Assembly: GCF_964194025.1 (NCBI RefSeq)
Contig: NC_134468.1
Coordinates: forward strand, 20,088,001 to 20,152,000
Direction of reading: 5' to 3'
Length of the DNA stretch: 64,000 nt
Origin: Convolutriloba macropyga
Taxonomy: Eukaryota
Positions 53,511 through 64,000 of the stretch are shown piece after piece. Position 1 is the stretch's first letter. Every line of letters begins with the position of its first letter. Under the pieces are notes generated by a model that was not told the origin of the DNA, did not search any database, and saw only the letters and a list, made by a program, of their open reading frames with translations. The translations under genes and the position numbers were made by a program.

Positions 53511-54951
53511 GGAATATTAGCCGACTTGAATATTAGCCGAAAAAGTCAAAACTAGGCCTATTAGAAGAATTAATTGCTGAGAGAGTAAACAAAACTAGGA
53601 CGTGCAATTATCTTACAAGAACGCCACTTTCTCACTCAAATATTTTGCGGTTTCTAGCCCAGATTGAACTGAAAAATGAGCTTCAGCTTCACAAAATATA
53701 AGCACAGGGGCGGACAAAAATTAGTTGTTGAAAACTTTTTGTTTAAGAAAAACAAAACTACCCCCAATTCTGTCTACTTTAAATGCGTAGTTACCACCTG
53801 CACATCAATACTTTCTATGAATGGGAACCTAGCAGCTATACAAAACCGGCCGACTCCACATAATCATGACTCCCAAGAAGAAAAAATTGAGGAAGAAAAG
53901 TTTAAGTTTAGACGGAAAGTTTTGAAATCAGTTTCCCGCAGTCCGGCTACACCACTCGCCAATCTTACAACAAACTTTTACAGGAAATGGATCAAAAATT
54001 TTTACCACCCCAGTACGACAAGATTCGACTCGGATTGAATTACAAACGATCACAATGCAGGCCTCCACCGCCAAAAAATTGGCAAGAAATTTTGATACCG
54101 GAAACTTGGAGATTAACGAGGAACAATCAAAATTTTTTGCTTCATCAAGAGGAAGGAATTTTAATTTTTGCGACAAAACAAGGATCGGAATTTTTGGTTA
54201 GATCGAAAAATGTTCTTTCAGATGGAACATTCAAAACCGCACCAGCACCATTTTATCAAATTTAAACAATTTTTGAAACAGCTGGGATCAACGATGATTG
54301 GAAAAATCCAGTAGTATGGGCGCTTTTCGGTTCAAAGTCACAAAATATTTACGAAAATTTTTTCAAAATTTCGGACCAAAAATGTTGTTCCAGAAGCATT
54401 GCTGACTGACTACGAAACTGGAATTATTAGTGATTTGAAAACGACTTTCCCTGCTTCGATTCTTTATGTGTGCTGGTTTCACTACACAGTGCATTTTTCG
54501 AAAATTGCAAGAGCTCGGTTTTTCACAAGCCTATGCAAAAGACAAAAATTATCGAAAATTCTCGAAAAAAAATATTTGCTCTGTTATTTTTACCCGAACA
54601 CGAGATGGTTGCCACCTTTCATTACTACAAAACAACAATTGCGGACATGTTTCAACGATATCCTCAGCTCTCATCTTTTTTGATTATGTATACGGTTTTT
54701 GGTTGAAGGGAAACATTTCAATGGAAATGTTTTGTGTTTTTGATCGGCCGCCAAATCTCCGTCTCAAGCACTTGTATCGAAGTGGTAATTTGTCTGTTCA
54801 GCAATATTGGGATAGTGTTTCTCATATTTGTCGAAAATTGTAAAGGTTTTCTGTTTAATTTGTTGATATTCTATGAAGTTCCCAATTTTTCGGCTAATTT
54901 TCCATTCGGCTAATTTTCCATTCGGCTAATTTTCCATTCGGATAGTTTTCC
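53511..54951 (+). mobile_element. Degenerate Mutator-superfamily (MULE, Phantom-like) DNA transposon
   Basis: A broken transposase is flanked by inverted sub-terminal repeats: left gaatattagccga x2 (53512-53540), right ttcggctaattttcca x3 plus a degenerate fourth (54889-54951). Exact ends and TSD not resolved. Confidence 0.8.
53676..54770 (+). pseudogene. FLYWCH-type zinc finger + MULE transposase pseudogene (frameshifts and stops)
   Basis: N-terminus RGGQKLVVENFLFKKNK..VYFKCxxxxC...PHNH is FLYWCH-like. It is followed by ILIFAT...SDGTFKTAPAPFYQI*TIF and LLTDYETG...FP...CWFHY/TQCIFRKLQELG, motifs characteristic of MULE DDE transposases, split over at least four frames. Confidence 0.88.
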
Positions 54952-55560
54952 TATTGATACGCATGCATGCGTAATAACTCAAATGCATACATCTTTTTTA
55001 AACATATAGAAGGGGGGGGTTAGCTGAAAAGATCATTCAAATTTTGTTTTCAGACTGAATTCACAGATTTAAGCATTCTTTTGGTTCATTAGTTTTCAAA
55101 CCTCCAAATTAAGCAATGAGTGTCTTAAAATCATTATAATTTCTTTTCATATTCTCGTATAGTTATTCAATAATAAAAATTTAAAACCTAATACTGATCA
55201 TTTATTTCTAGCCTGGGAAAAATCATATAGAGGCTCCATGAAAACGTTTTTCATGTCTGAAAAGATTACTTACAAATTAGTTTTTCAACTGTGCTTCAAC
55301 TTTTTGCTTCAAAATTAAGCATTAAAAATAAAGTTGCAGGTAATTTACCTGAATGATGTGCAGGTAATTAATTTTGAGGGAAATTGTGCTGTTAAATTTT
55401 ACCTGCACATGGCCTTACCTGCACACTGTGCAAATAAAATTACGTATACATTATTTGGAGTGAAATATATATTTTAAACAAAAACTGTAGTACATTTTTA
55501 CATTTACACCTCTTCTTGTATATCCTTGTGTCTTTCACAACCCCCCTCCCCCCATGAGGC

Positions 55561-55822
55561 TTTGCACACGAGCATAATTGCGGTTCACTTCATTCATAAT
55601 TTAACTGAATGTGGCTCTTTTACTTTGTATTACTGTAAATGTTCTATAGCAGCATAAAAGAAAAATGTCCGCAACATTGTTACAGGAAAATTATAGTTAC
55701 CAACTATTGTGTCATCTGTATGACCAAAAATTGCGACCACAAAGGGATTCGAACCCCCAATCTTCTGATTCGATGTCAGACGCTTTATCCGTTAGGCTAT
55801 GCGCCCTTGAAATTTAAAGCGC
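55561..55822 (-). repeat. Orphan partial array unit beyond the non-array segment
   Basis: tttgcacacgagcataattgcgg...tgtggctcttt...gtaaatgttctatagcagcataa...gcaacattgt matches the right half of the array spacer. Confidence 0.85.
55734..55806 (-). tRNA. Terminal orphan tRNA-Arg(UCG) variant (U33>A), probable pseudogene
   Basis: GGGCGCATAGCCTAACGGATAAAGCGTCTGACATCGAATCAGAAGATTGGGGGTTCGAATCCCTTTGTGGTCG; four substitutions from consensus. Confidence 0.75.
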
Positions 55823-57267
55823 AAGAGTTTGCATGTGCTTTTCCCTCGCAATTGATTTTAACTAGGATTTGTTTAGTCTATCCTCTCGGCTTTAGGCCTG
55901 AACACTATATTGCTGATTATCATTTCAGGAGGCTCGATTAGCAAGACTCCACAGTCCCTACGTAAGTGGAAGCGCCAAATACGCGGAGAAATACGACCAG
56001 GAACTTTACTGGGCCAGAAAGAGACGTGACCTTGAACGAAGTCTGGACAGACTCTACGACAGGCTGTATCGTCTATGATCAGAATACCCAAAAGCGAGGC
56101 GTTGCATAGTATCTAGAAGTGATAATCCCCATGTTGTAATAAGTGAAATAACTTGGATCTGTTCTTCTTTCATGATCAGCTTCTTAGTTCTATTTGAACT
56201 ATTACCGTTTTTAAGTGGTGGTCCATAAAAAATTAAATGGCCGACAAACTCTCTTTTGATAACGAACTGATTGTGCTAGCTTGTCACGCAAGAACAGAAC
56301 CAAATATCACCCAAAACGAGAAATTATCAAATTCAACTGCTTTTACAAATCAACTAAACAATGAAAAAACTTTATAGTCAATTTAGAAAGGACAGGTTCC
56401 ATGCCCTCACCCCACTGACCGACTGACTTATAGTTATGAATGCTTCTCAAAAAAGAGAATGATTATTAAGGTGATCTTTTTCTGCAAGCAATTTTAATGA
56501 GTACAGGGCGTGCGAAACCGTTTCATAAATAAAACCTGGTTTGTTTGTGGGTTCAAAATGATTGGACTAATTATGTGACTTATTTGTGAGCTATTGCGAC
56601 AGTTTACCTGTGAGCGAAATGTCAAATGGCAACTTTGAAAAAAACTTGCTCGCAACAACCATTGCTCCCAAAGCGGCCTCTGCTTCGAATTAGGGCTCTT
56701 TCCGATGATTCCCCTCCCACCCCAGTTCAGTGGGGCTAGAACGTCTCTTGACCCCCTCAATAATGCCATAATGGGTGGTGGTATTTTTAAAGGGCTATGT
56801 ATAGTAGGAAAACCCCCATTTTTGTGTTATGATCAATATAGGCCAAATAAAGTTTGTGTTGATATTAAAAATTGGATTTAAACAGTAGTTATCTGAACTG
56901 GTATTAGTCTTGTGGAGAGAAAGTCAAAAATGTCATGCGTACTTTATCAGTCTCAAACAAACATGGTTGCCGTCATTTTTAGTCAATTGCTTTAGAGACA
57001 AAAGGGCGTCATTATTCTAACAATATTGCTGGGGTAATATTTGGGGGGGGGGGGAATTTCCTACCAGGTTCACTGTTGTTGCACTTTGACCTCCTTCATC
57101 GTAATTGTTACAGCTGGGCAGAGTTTCTTTATTAGAGTTTGGGTACTAGATATATTATAGAATTGAATAAATGATAATCAAAATGAAATGAAATTTTAAT
57201 TGTAGATTGTGAATTGTTAAATCCAAGTGTAAATATTGTACATTAGTTTCAATTCAATTTTTTTCAT

Positions 57268-57666
57268 TGTTAGTTGTGACGCCTTACATGGCACTAGTGA
57301 AAATAGCAGATACCAAAGTTTAGACTTTGAGTGCTCTCATGCAAAGTTTGTAGCAATTATATAAGGCCTGTAAGGCAGACCCTAAGAGGGCTCCTTTTAC
57401 AGCCTTAAGGTATAAAGAGTTAGGGCTACTTATTTCTGCGCGCGAAGTAGGCTTACCTAATTCTCTCAGACTAACCGACTCAGTAAAACGCTGAATGAAT
57501 ACTTCAATTATAATGGCGTATAATATTGTTAACACCGGAATCAAGATATTGAGAATACACATGGCGTGCTCAACTTTAACTACAAGACTGACTGAAGTCA
57601 GCCTTACAAGCGCTATATAAAAAGAGAATAGAGTCTTCTCAGTCTCTGATTGGCTGGGGGCGCACA
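57268..57666 (-). mobile_element. Possible solo LTR or LTR fragment with Pol II core promoter motifs
   Basis: TG...CA termini with flanks TTCAT/TTCAG (4 of 5 match). On the minus strand AGCCAATCAG, then TTTTATATAG, then TCAGTCAGT about 25 bp later. No internal coding sequence. Confidence 0.33.
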
Positions 57667-60091
57667 TTCAGTTTTTCATCTGCTACAATTTCACTCTAAG
57701 GTTTTCAACGAACCAAAAGTGAATGTGAGGCCAACATGCTCAACAAAAAAGTCAAAAGTAGAGAACAATAAGGGTTTTTGATTACACATAATTCTCAAAA
57801 ATCTCAAAGTAGGAATTTTTTGTTTAAACTTCTAGTTAAAACTTAGCTTCAAATTTTACGGTCAAACTGGTTTTTCGCCGTTGTATTAACCAGAAAATGA
57901 AGGTTGAGAAAAAATTGACCATTTGGGTCATTTTGCGTTTTAGGGACATTGTACTTCGGCAGTTTTGTTATCCTTCGTCGATTTTCTGTTGTAAACCGAA
58001 ATTTTCCTTTTGGATAAAATAAACTTCCTCTTGGATATGCCGACGTTTTCTTTTGATAGCAATGAATTATGAGTAAATTAAATTGACACAGTGTTTCGTA
58101 ACTGAACACAGTGCCTTCGTATTTTTCTTTTTGCCTTTTCTACTTGTTTTTCTTGTAATTTTCTAATGTGTGGTAGATCTCTAATTTAACAGAGACTTTA
58201 CCAAATTATCCTTGAAGCAAAGTTACTATAATGTTAGGAAAAATTTTTGTGAACTTTTGTTAAAGCAAAAGCTAAGTAGATCTTTAACCATTTTGCGATG
58301 CATCAACAAACAAAATAACTTGTTAGAGAGCATTGAATAATACAAAAATCTGGGACAATGGTGCAATAACTTTTTGGATCCGTTATTTTTTCCTCGCCAC
58401 TGTTTTTATATTAACATCTGCAAGAAAAGAAGACAAGAGAAGACATTTTTTAAACAATTTAGTGTAGTGTATGTCAATCAATATGTAACGAAATTTTTCT
58501 AAGATAAGGACCTCACTTGATTGTTCTCGTTTTGCTCGTTTTGCTTTCTATAGTTTATGCTCTTGGTCAAATTAACAGTATTCAAATATTGCTGAAAACA
58601 TTTTCAAAATAGCTGCGCAGCCATTCAAAAACTTATAAATGTATGCAATGTTTTTTTCTCTCTTTAAACTTGATTTTATCTGGTTTAACGCCGCAGTTTG
58701 CTGAAGTTGATTACTCTAGGTTGGCTTTAGTAATTACTGAATTAGATTTTTTTTTGCTGCGAGTCTATTCATGAGTCTTTCAGCGATGTATTTTGATTTT
58801 TTTGTTCACGCATTTCTTCTTACAAGCAAAAGAAATTATTTTAAATCATTTCTCCCTCATAAAGATAAACGTAGGCTCTCTAATTCAAATTTAACTGAGT
58901 ACTTGCGGTCAGTTTAATTTACGGATACTGGATTACCTTTTTATTGAGAGTTAATTCTTAAGGACTAATTAAATTTGAAGTCCGTTTTTTTGATAACTAT
59001 AGAATCGTAAGTTTTGCACGAGATAATATCAGGCCTGGTTTCACAAGTTCTTTGGTTTGCTGAGTTTGGTTTTAAGGTTGTCTTTACTATTCTGGGGACC
59101 GAAACAATAGAGATCCAAAAGAAGCTACCAAGCCCCTGACCTACCTAACCCATCCTCCCCCGCCTACGTACCCCAACTAATACCTACCCATGCCACCTTA
59201 ACTACTCCATCCTCCATCAGTCCCCTCCTCTCCCATATACACGCACCGCCAAACAAAAAATTATATATCTTTTCTTTAAAACTATGTCTACTTTTATGAG
59301 GCAGTTAGTTTTCAGTTTTCTGTAATTTTTTGACATTTATGAATAAGGTAATGTCTGTTAAGTTTACAATTTATGTTGCACGACTTTTCGGTTATTTCTG
59401 GGTATTCTAATAGCATTGCTTTTAATGTAATCTTTCCTAAAGAGCAATTGAGGCTTGATAGTTTTTTCGTCTCAGCAATGATATTTTTTCCTCAAAAGTT
59501 GGACAAAGAGCTAAATCCGGAGAGGCTCGTTAAGTTTACAATAAAATTGGTCTGCTCGTTGGTCTGCTCGTCAATAAAATTGCACAGGATACTTTAGCTT
59601 ATGGTATGAGGGACAGTGTCTTTTGGCGGTTTAGCTTCCCCCTCGCGCCGACCCTCCTGCCCGTCCTTGTATGCCTACCCCACTAGTCAAACCCTCCCCC
59701 AATCCAACTCAATCCAACCGTAAACAAACACGGTTGATCACACTGTATATTCCCTCTCCACTCTCACCACCCCCCCCCCCCCGCCGTCAACGAAAGCCTC
59801 CGGCCACTAATTAGTGAGGCACCCATCTAAATACACTTTTTTAGTTACCAATCAATTTGCCGGTCGTTAGTAGGTCACATTTGAATAATGTTCAGCTTGA
59901 ATAGTTTTATTTTAATATAAAGCCAACATGTGGAACCCGTGTTAACTTCGTCGGATTCAAACATAAGAATTGTCGTTTTTCGTCGGCTTTACTTCGCCAA
60001 AACCGATCACAGCCTTTACGTTGTTTTCGACAAAAACGACAATAATTAACACTTCCTAAATCAATTACCAGTAGTAAAAGAAAGTGACTAG

Positions 60092-60668
60092 AACCTCAAC
60101 GGGGGACGGATATTTTCTGCAATGCACATCTACAACGGGGGTGACACTTCAAACCTCAACGGGGGGACAGTTTTTGTAACGCAGATCTACAACGGGGTGG
60201 GACACTTCAAACCTCAACGGGGGGACAGTTTTTGTAACGCACATCTACAACGGGGTGGGACACTTCAAACCTCAAGGGGGGACAGATTTTGTAACGCACA
60301 TCTACAACGGGGTGGGACACTTCAAACCTCAACGGGGGGACAGTTTTTGTAACGCACATCTACAACGGGGTGGGACACTTCAAACCTCAACGGGGGGACA
60401 GTTTTTGTAACGCACATCTACAACGGGGTGGGACACTTCAAACCTCAACGGGGGGACAGTTTTTGTATCGCACATCTACAACGGGGTGGGACACTTCAAA
60501 CCTCAAGGGGGGACAGTTTTTGTAACGCACATCTACAACGGGTTGGGACACTTCAAACCTCAACAGGGGGACAGATTTTGTAACGCACATCTACAACGGG
60601 GTGGGACACTTCAAACCTCAAGGGGGGACAGTTTTTGTAACGCACATCTACAACGGGGTGTGACACTT
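60092..60668 (+). repeat. Minisatellite of ~10 copies of a 57-59-bp G-rich unit
   Basis: Unit gcacatctacaacggggtgggacacttcaaacctcaacggggggacagtttttgtaac; length varies mainly in the G run; followed by an A/T-tract region (~60670-60860). Confidence 0.95.
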
Positions 60669-61329
60669 TGATTTTTTCCAATTTTTTTTCCAAATTTTTC
60701 TTTTAAAAATATTTTTTTCAAAATTTTTTTCAGAAATTTTTATTTCAAATTTAAAAAAAAAATTCGGTTTTTTCAAAAATTTTTCAATTTTTTTTTCAAA
60801 AAAATTTCTTCAAAAACTTCTTTTTCCAAACTTTTCAAAAATTGAAAAAAAAAAAATCTGGAGCTGCGAGAAGATAAGTTCATGGTTTGAAGGACTATTT
60901 TTTTGACGGTTTGCATCCCCCATCCCCCCCCCCTCATTCCATTCTTTAACGCCTCTCTTTTTCACTCCGAACTTTCATCCTCCCTTCGTACCCTTAATGC
61001 AACCCAACCATTTTTTTTCTTAAGCTAGCTTTCCTGAGCCTAAACTAGCTACAACTGAACCCAACCACTTGCCAATCTTCCAAAATCAATTCGACCGGCG
61101 TTAATCGACTGTATTTTTTGTTTGATAAAATCACCAATGACTTCTATTTTGTTTGGTAAACATTTCTGCAAAACTTTGGCTCTCGATCAATTATTCTATT
61201 CGATTGTTTATTCCATTTATTTCACTTTGTTCTTTTTAATGTATACAAGAAACGTATCATCGCATGAAAGGATATACATGCTTTGGTTGATTTGGTGGCA
61301 TTGTTTATAAAACTAAAAAGCGGAAAAGT

Positions 61330-62110
61330 AATTTTTGCCTTCATTAAAAATATGTTATCGAGTAACGTTTGTTTTATTTCAAACATGTGTGTCCACTTAA
61401 TTTTAAATAGTATTGTGCGTTGCCCCGACCCTGAGAATTGCCGGTTCTGTTTTATTTACGCAAGTGGGTGAAAAACTAATACAGTAGGTAAAAATTGGTT
61501 TGAAAGGAGTCTCGTTCAGCACGTTTCTTATAAAGAGAGTATTTTGATGAAAAGAATGACACATGATATCTACGGGAAAAGGAGAAAAAGTTTTCAAAAA
61601 TTTAGTCTAATTCTAAAAAATTAACTGTTTTCTGAAAACTTCTTCAAGAAAAATAGGCGTTTGCTCCAAACTGAAGACTTAAACTCAAAAATATCAAAAA
61701 GCTTATCAGTTTTTTTTTCAGAAACGAGCAATTTGATTCAATTCATCAATTTGATATTATTGGTTCTTTCAGAAATATTATTTGCAATCAATACTCGGTT
61801 CAAACTGATGAATCTTGATGGCTAGTTTTAGAGTGATGTAATTTGATGTAAAATATTCTCTGCAAGTTCTGAATTATAATGATACCTCCGGAAGTATGAT
61901 CAATTCTTAGAAAAGGGCAAACACAGACTATACCATTTATGGTATCCCCTGTGAATGTTTTCTGGGAAATTTATAAAAGCTAACCATATTTGTTCAGAAT
62001 CAGGACCCCGCTATAAATCATGGTGCTTTACTTTTCTCATTGATAATTGGTAAATATAGGGACAGTTTTTGAGTCTTCATCTGACATATCCAAACCACCA
62101 TCTTGAACTC
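61330..62110 (+). pseudogene. Possible heavily degraded non-LTR retrotransposon (CR1/L2-like endonuclease) remnant
   Basis: Only scattered motif-like peptides across frames (HQFDIIG/LSEI, MNLDG, AINH, DIS) in the order expected for an APE domain; not conclusive. Confidence 0.25.
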
Positions 62111-62469
62111 TGAATCAGATCTTCTCTCTAAATTTTTGATTTCAACTGTAAAAACGTTTTGTTATTATCATTCTTTCCTAATCATATCAATTTTCAAGCT
62201 TAATTATAAAAGATTTTATTCCGCCTTCGAAGATTTATATGTCAAAAAGTTACGAACTTAGAAGTTTTCTCAGTCTCAACAAGCTTAAAATTTAAAACTA
62301 GTTTTTCCGACAGTCATTATTTTTCTCTGCTTAGTTACTTTATTGGGGACACAAAAAGCGAACCCATAGCTGGCACCACTTACCACTGAGACACGCAAAG
62401 ATTAGAAAAGAATCTGAAAGGTGCCGAAGGACGAATTTGAGAGGGAAATTGTAGTAATCAAGGAGAAAG

Positions 62470-64000
62470 CAAACGAACAGTGTTTGGTAATATCTGACAC
62501 TGACTCTAGATGAAACAGTTTTATGCTGATGGGACAAAATTCAATGGGAGATGACAGCACAAGAGATGAAGCGAACAGCTTGACAATTTTGCAAGAGTTT
62601 TCAGGTTTGCAGACGTCCGAGGTTATTATTTGGTGGCGCAGTTCACTCGACTACAACTCAAGGAATCTGAGAAGCTGAACACGTTCTGTATCAGTGGAGA
62701 AGAACTGTTCACAAGGTTTTAAATAGCAGAAGTAATCTCAAAAACCCATTTCAACGCTTTCGTGCCCAAGTGTCTGCTAATGGGATTTGAATTTTTTCAG
62801 AGTAAAACTTCCACCCTGCAAAAAAGAGAGTCGAGGAAATGGCAGCAAAATTCCCATGGGAGCACAGCACGGAGACTCAACAGACAAAATGGTTCGCTTG
62901 CACTAGCTTGCACTGACTTCAAGAAGGGAACATAGTAAGGAAATTGTTTTGCGTGTCGAATTTATAGACCCTTTGCCAAGGACGGCAAGAGGAAGAAAAA
63001 ACCGGAATACATCAAGTTTGGAGAGAAGTGTCACTTAGAAGAAGCATACAGGAGACAAAGAGAGAGAGAGAGAGAAGGCAGACATGAGTCAGTGGCAATG
63101 GCTCCGAGTGGCCAACAATAGACAAAGCGTCCCTGACAGCTCTCATCCAGCGGAACACATCAGGCATGCTAGTGGACAGCGGTCATGCAGACCATCTTTT
63201 GACAAACCTTGTTTACCTCTTGGACTTAGTGCACTCTCAGTCAGTAGTCGGAAATCCTAATAAAGAGATTTCAAGGGTGTTGAGAAAAGGCTGCGTGAGG
63301 ATCAATCTATCCTCAAACCAAGGAGAATTCCTTTGTAAAGTCGAGAATGTTTTGCGTGCGGCTGCTTTTTTTCAATTTTCCTATCAGTCTCAAGATGCAA
63401 GGAGTGTGGACAGAGTTTCAATTTTTGAGAAAAAGAACTGTTGCTTGAAACTCTGGAAGAGAAATTGGTTAAAATTAAGTCAAGTCACACAGCGTTTTAG
63501 ACTTCAAAACGAGTTCCATCAGCATAAAAAATGACATTGCAAGAAAGTGGCACAGGTTAATTGGTCATCTAAATCCAGAGAAATGTACCAGCGACAGTGG
63601 CGGAACTTGAAACATTGTGAATTGTGCGCGCATTGGTTGAGAACACAAGTCATTTTTGAAAAACTGGCAGAAGACCAAGCAGAAGAGAATCTCGAGAGAG
63701 TTTCCACAGATGTGATTGGATTTTTCAGAGACGAGTCACTGACAGGGTACCAATTCTCTAACTTGTTCGGAGACCCTTACACAAAAATTGTGTTAGTGTT
63801 TTTGGTGAACTTAAATAGCGAAGCAATGCGCAGCCTGAATTTGTTTGACCTAAAGGCTGGATACAGCCAGAAAGCTTAGACCAGACAGTACAAGGTAGTT
63901 TTTTTGAGCAGTTTCATTTACTGAAAACGCTTATACAGAAAAGGTTAGTTGAAGGATGCATTAGGACATTGCTGGACACGGCAAGATGTTTATTCACTGA
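62470..64000 (+). mobile_element. Degenerate Ty1/copia LTR retrotransposon internal region (gag, zinc knuckles, protease, start of integrase), continuing past the window end
   Basis: Across frames: UBN2-type gag (LVAQFTRLQLKESEKLNTFCISGEELFTRF), eroded knuckles (CFACRIYRPFAKD; KFGEKCHLEEA), protease MLVDSGHADHL...VENVL, pre-integrase KWHRLIGHLN...CELC, and integrase LERVSTDVIG...ESLTGYQFSNLFGDPYTK. Protease directly followed by integrase is copia order. Many stops and frameshifts. Confidence 0.88.

Noticed and set aside
57320-57667. 115-aa minus-strand ORF
   Set aside because: No recognisable domain, and it overlaps promoter/LTR-like non-coding signals.
60122-60671. Repetitive peptides (…FCNAHLQRGGTLQTS…) resembling zinc-finger repeats
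   Set aside because: The 57-59-bp period is not a constant multiple of three, so frames shift between units.

Overview
AT-rich eukaryotic (probably invertebrate-animal) repetitive DNA. I found no intact protein-coding gene. Bases 1-~52,630 are a head-to-tail array of roughly 120 units of ~400-430 bp (count estimated from length divided by period). Each unit carries one intron-less tRNA-Arg(UCG)-derived sequence on the minus strand, followed by a TTTT Pol III terminator. Five copies match the cloverleaf consensus exactly, all in a young, homogeneous 413-bp block at ~26-32 kb. The rest are variant or pseudogene classes, including a recurrent GCG-anticodon class that alternates with UCG copies. 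They are arranged in dimer, trimer, tetramer and larger higher-order repeats and decay toward the right edge. The array is interrupted by a 1,991-bp non-autonomous Helitron-like insertion (minus-strand TC...CTAG in an A|T target), a duplicated fragment of it, and a ~305-bp inversion that splits one tRNA. Right of the array lie a degenerate FLYWCH+MULE (Mutator/Phantom-like) transposon, one orphan tRNA unit, possible LTR fragments, a 58-bp G-rich minisatellite and a degenerate Ty1/copia gag-protease-integrase remnant running off the window end. Nearly all ORFs in the supplied track are artefacts of the repeat. The most interesting biology is the turnover of a tRNA gene array that behaves like satellite DNA. 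tRNA arrays as such are known, and I see no evidence for a new protein-based system.
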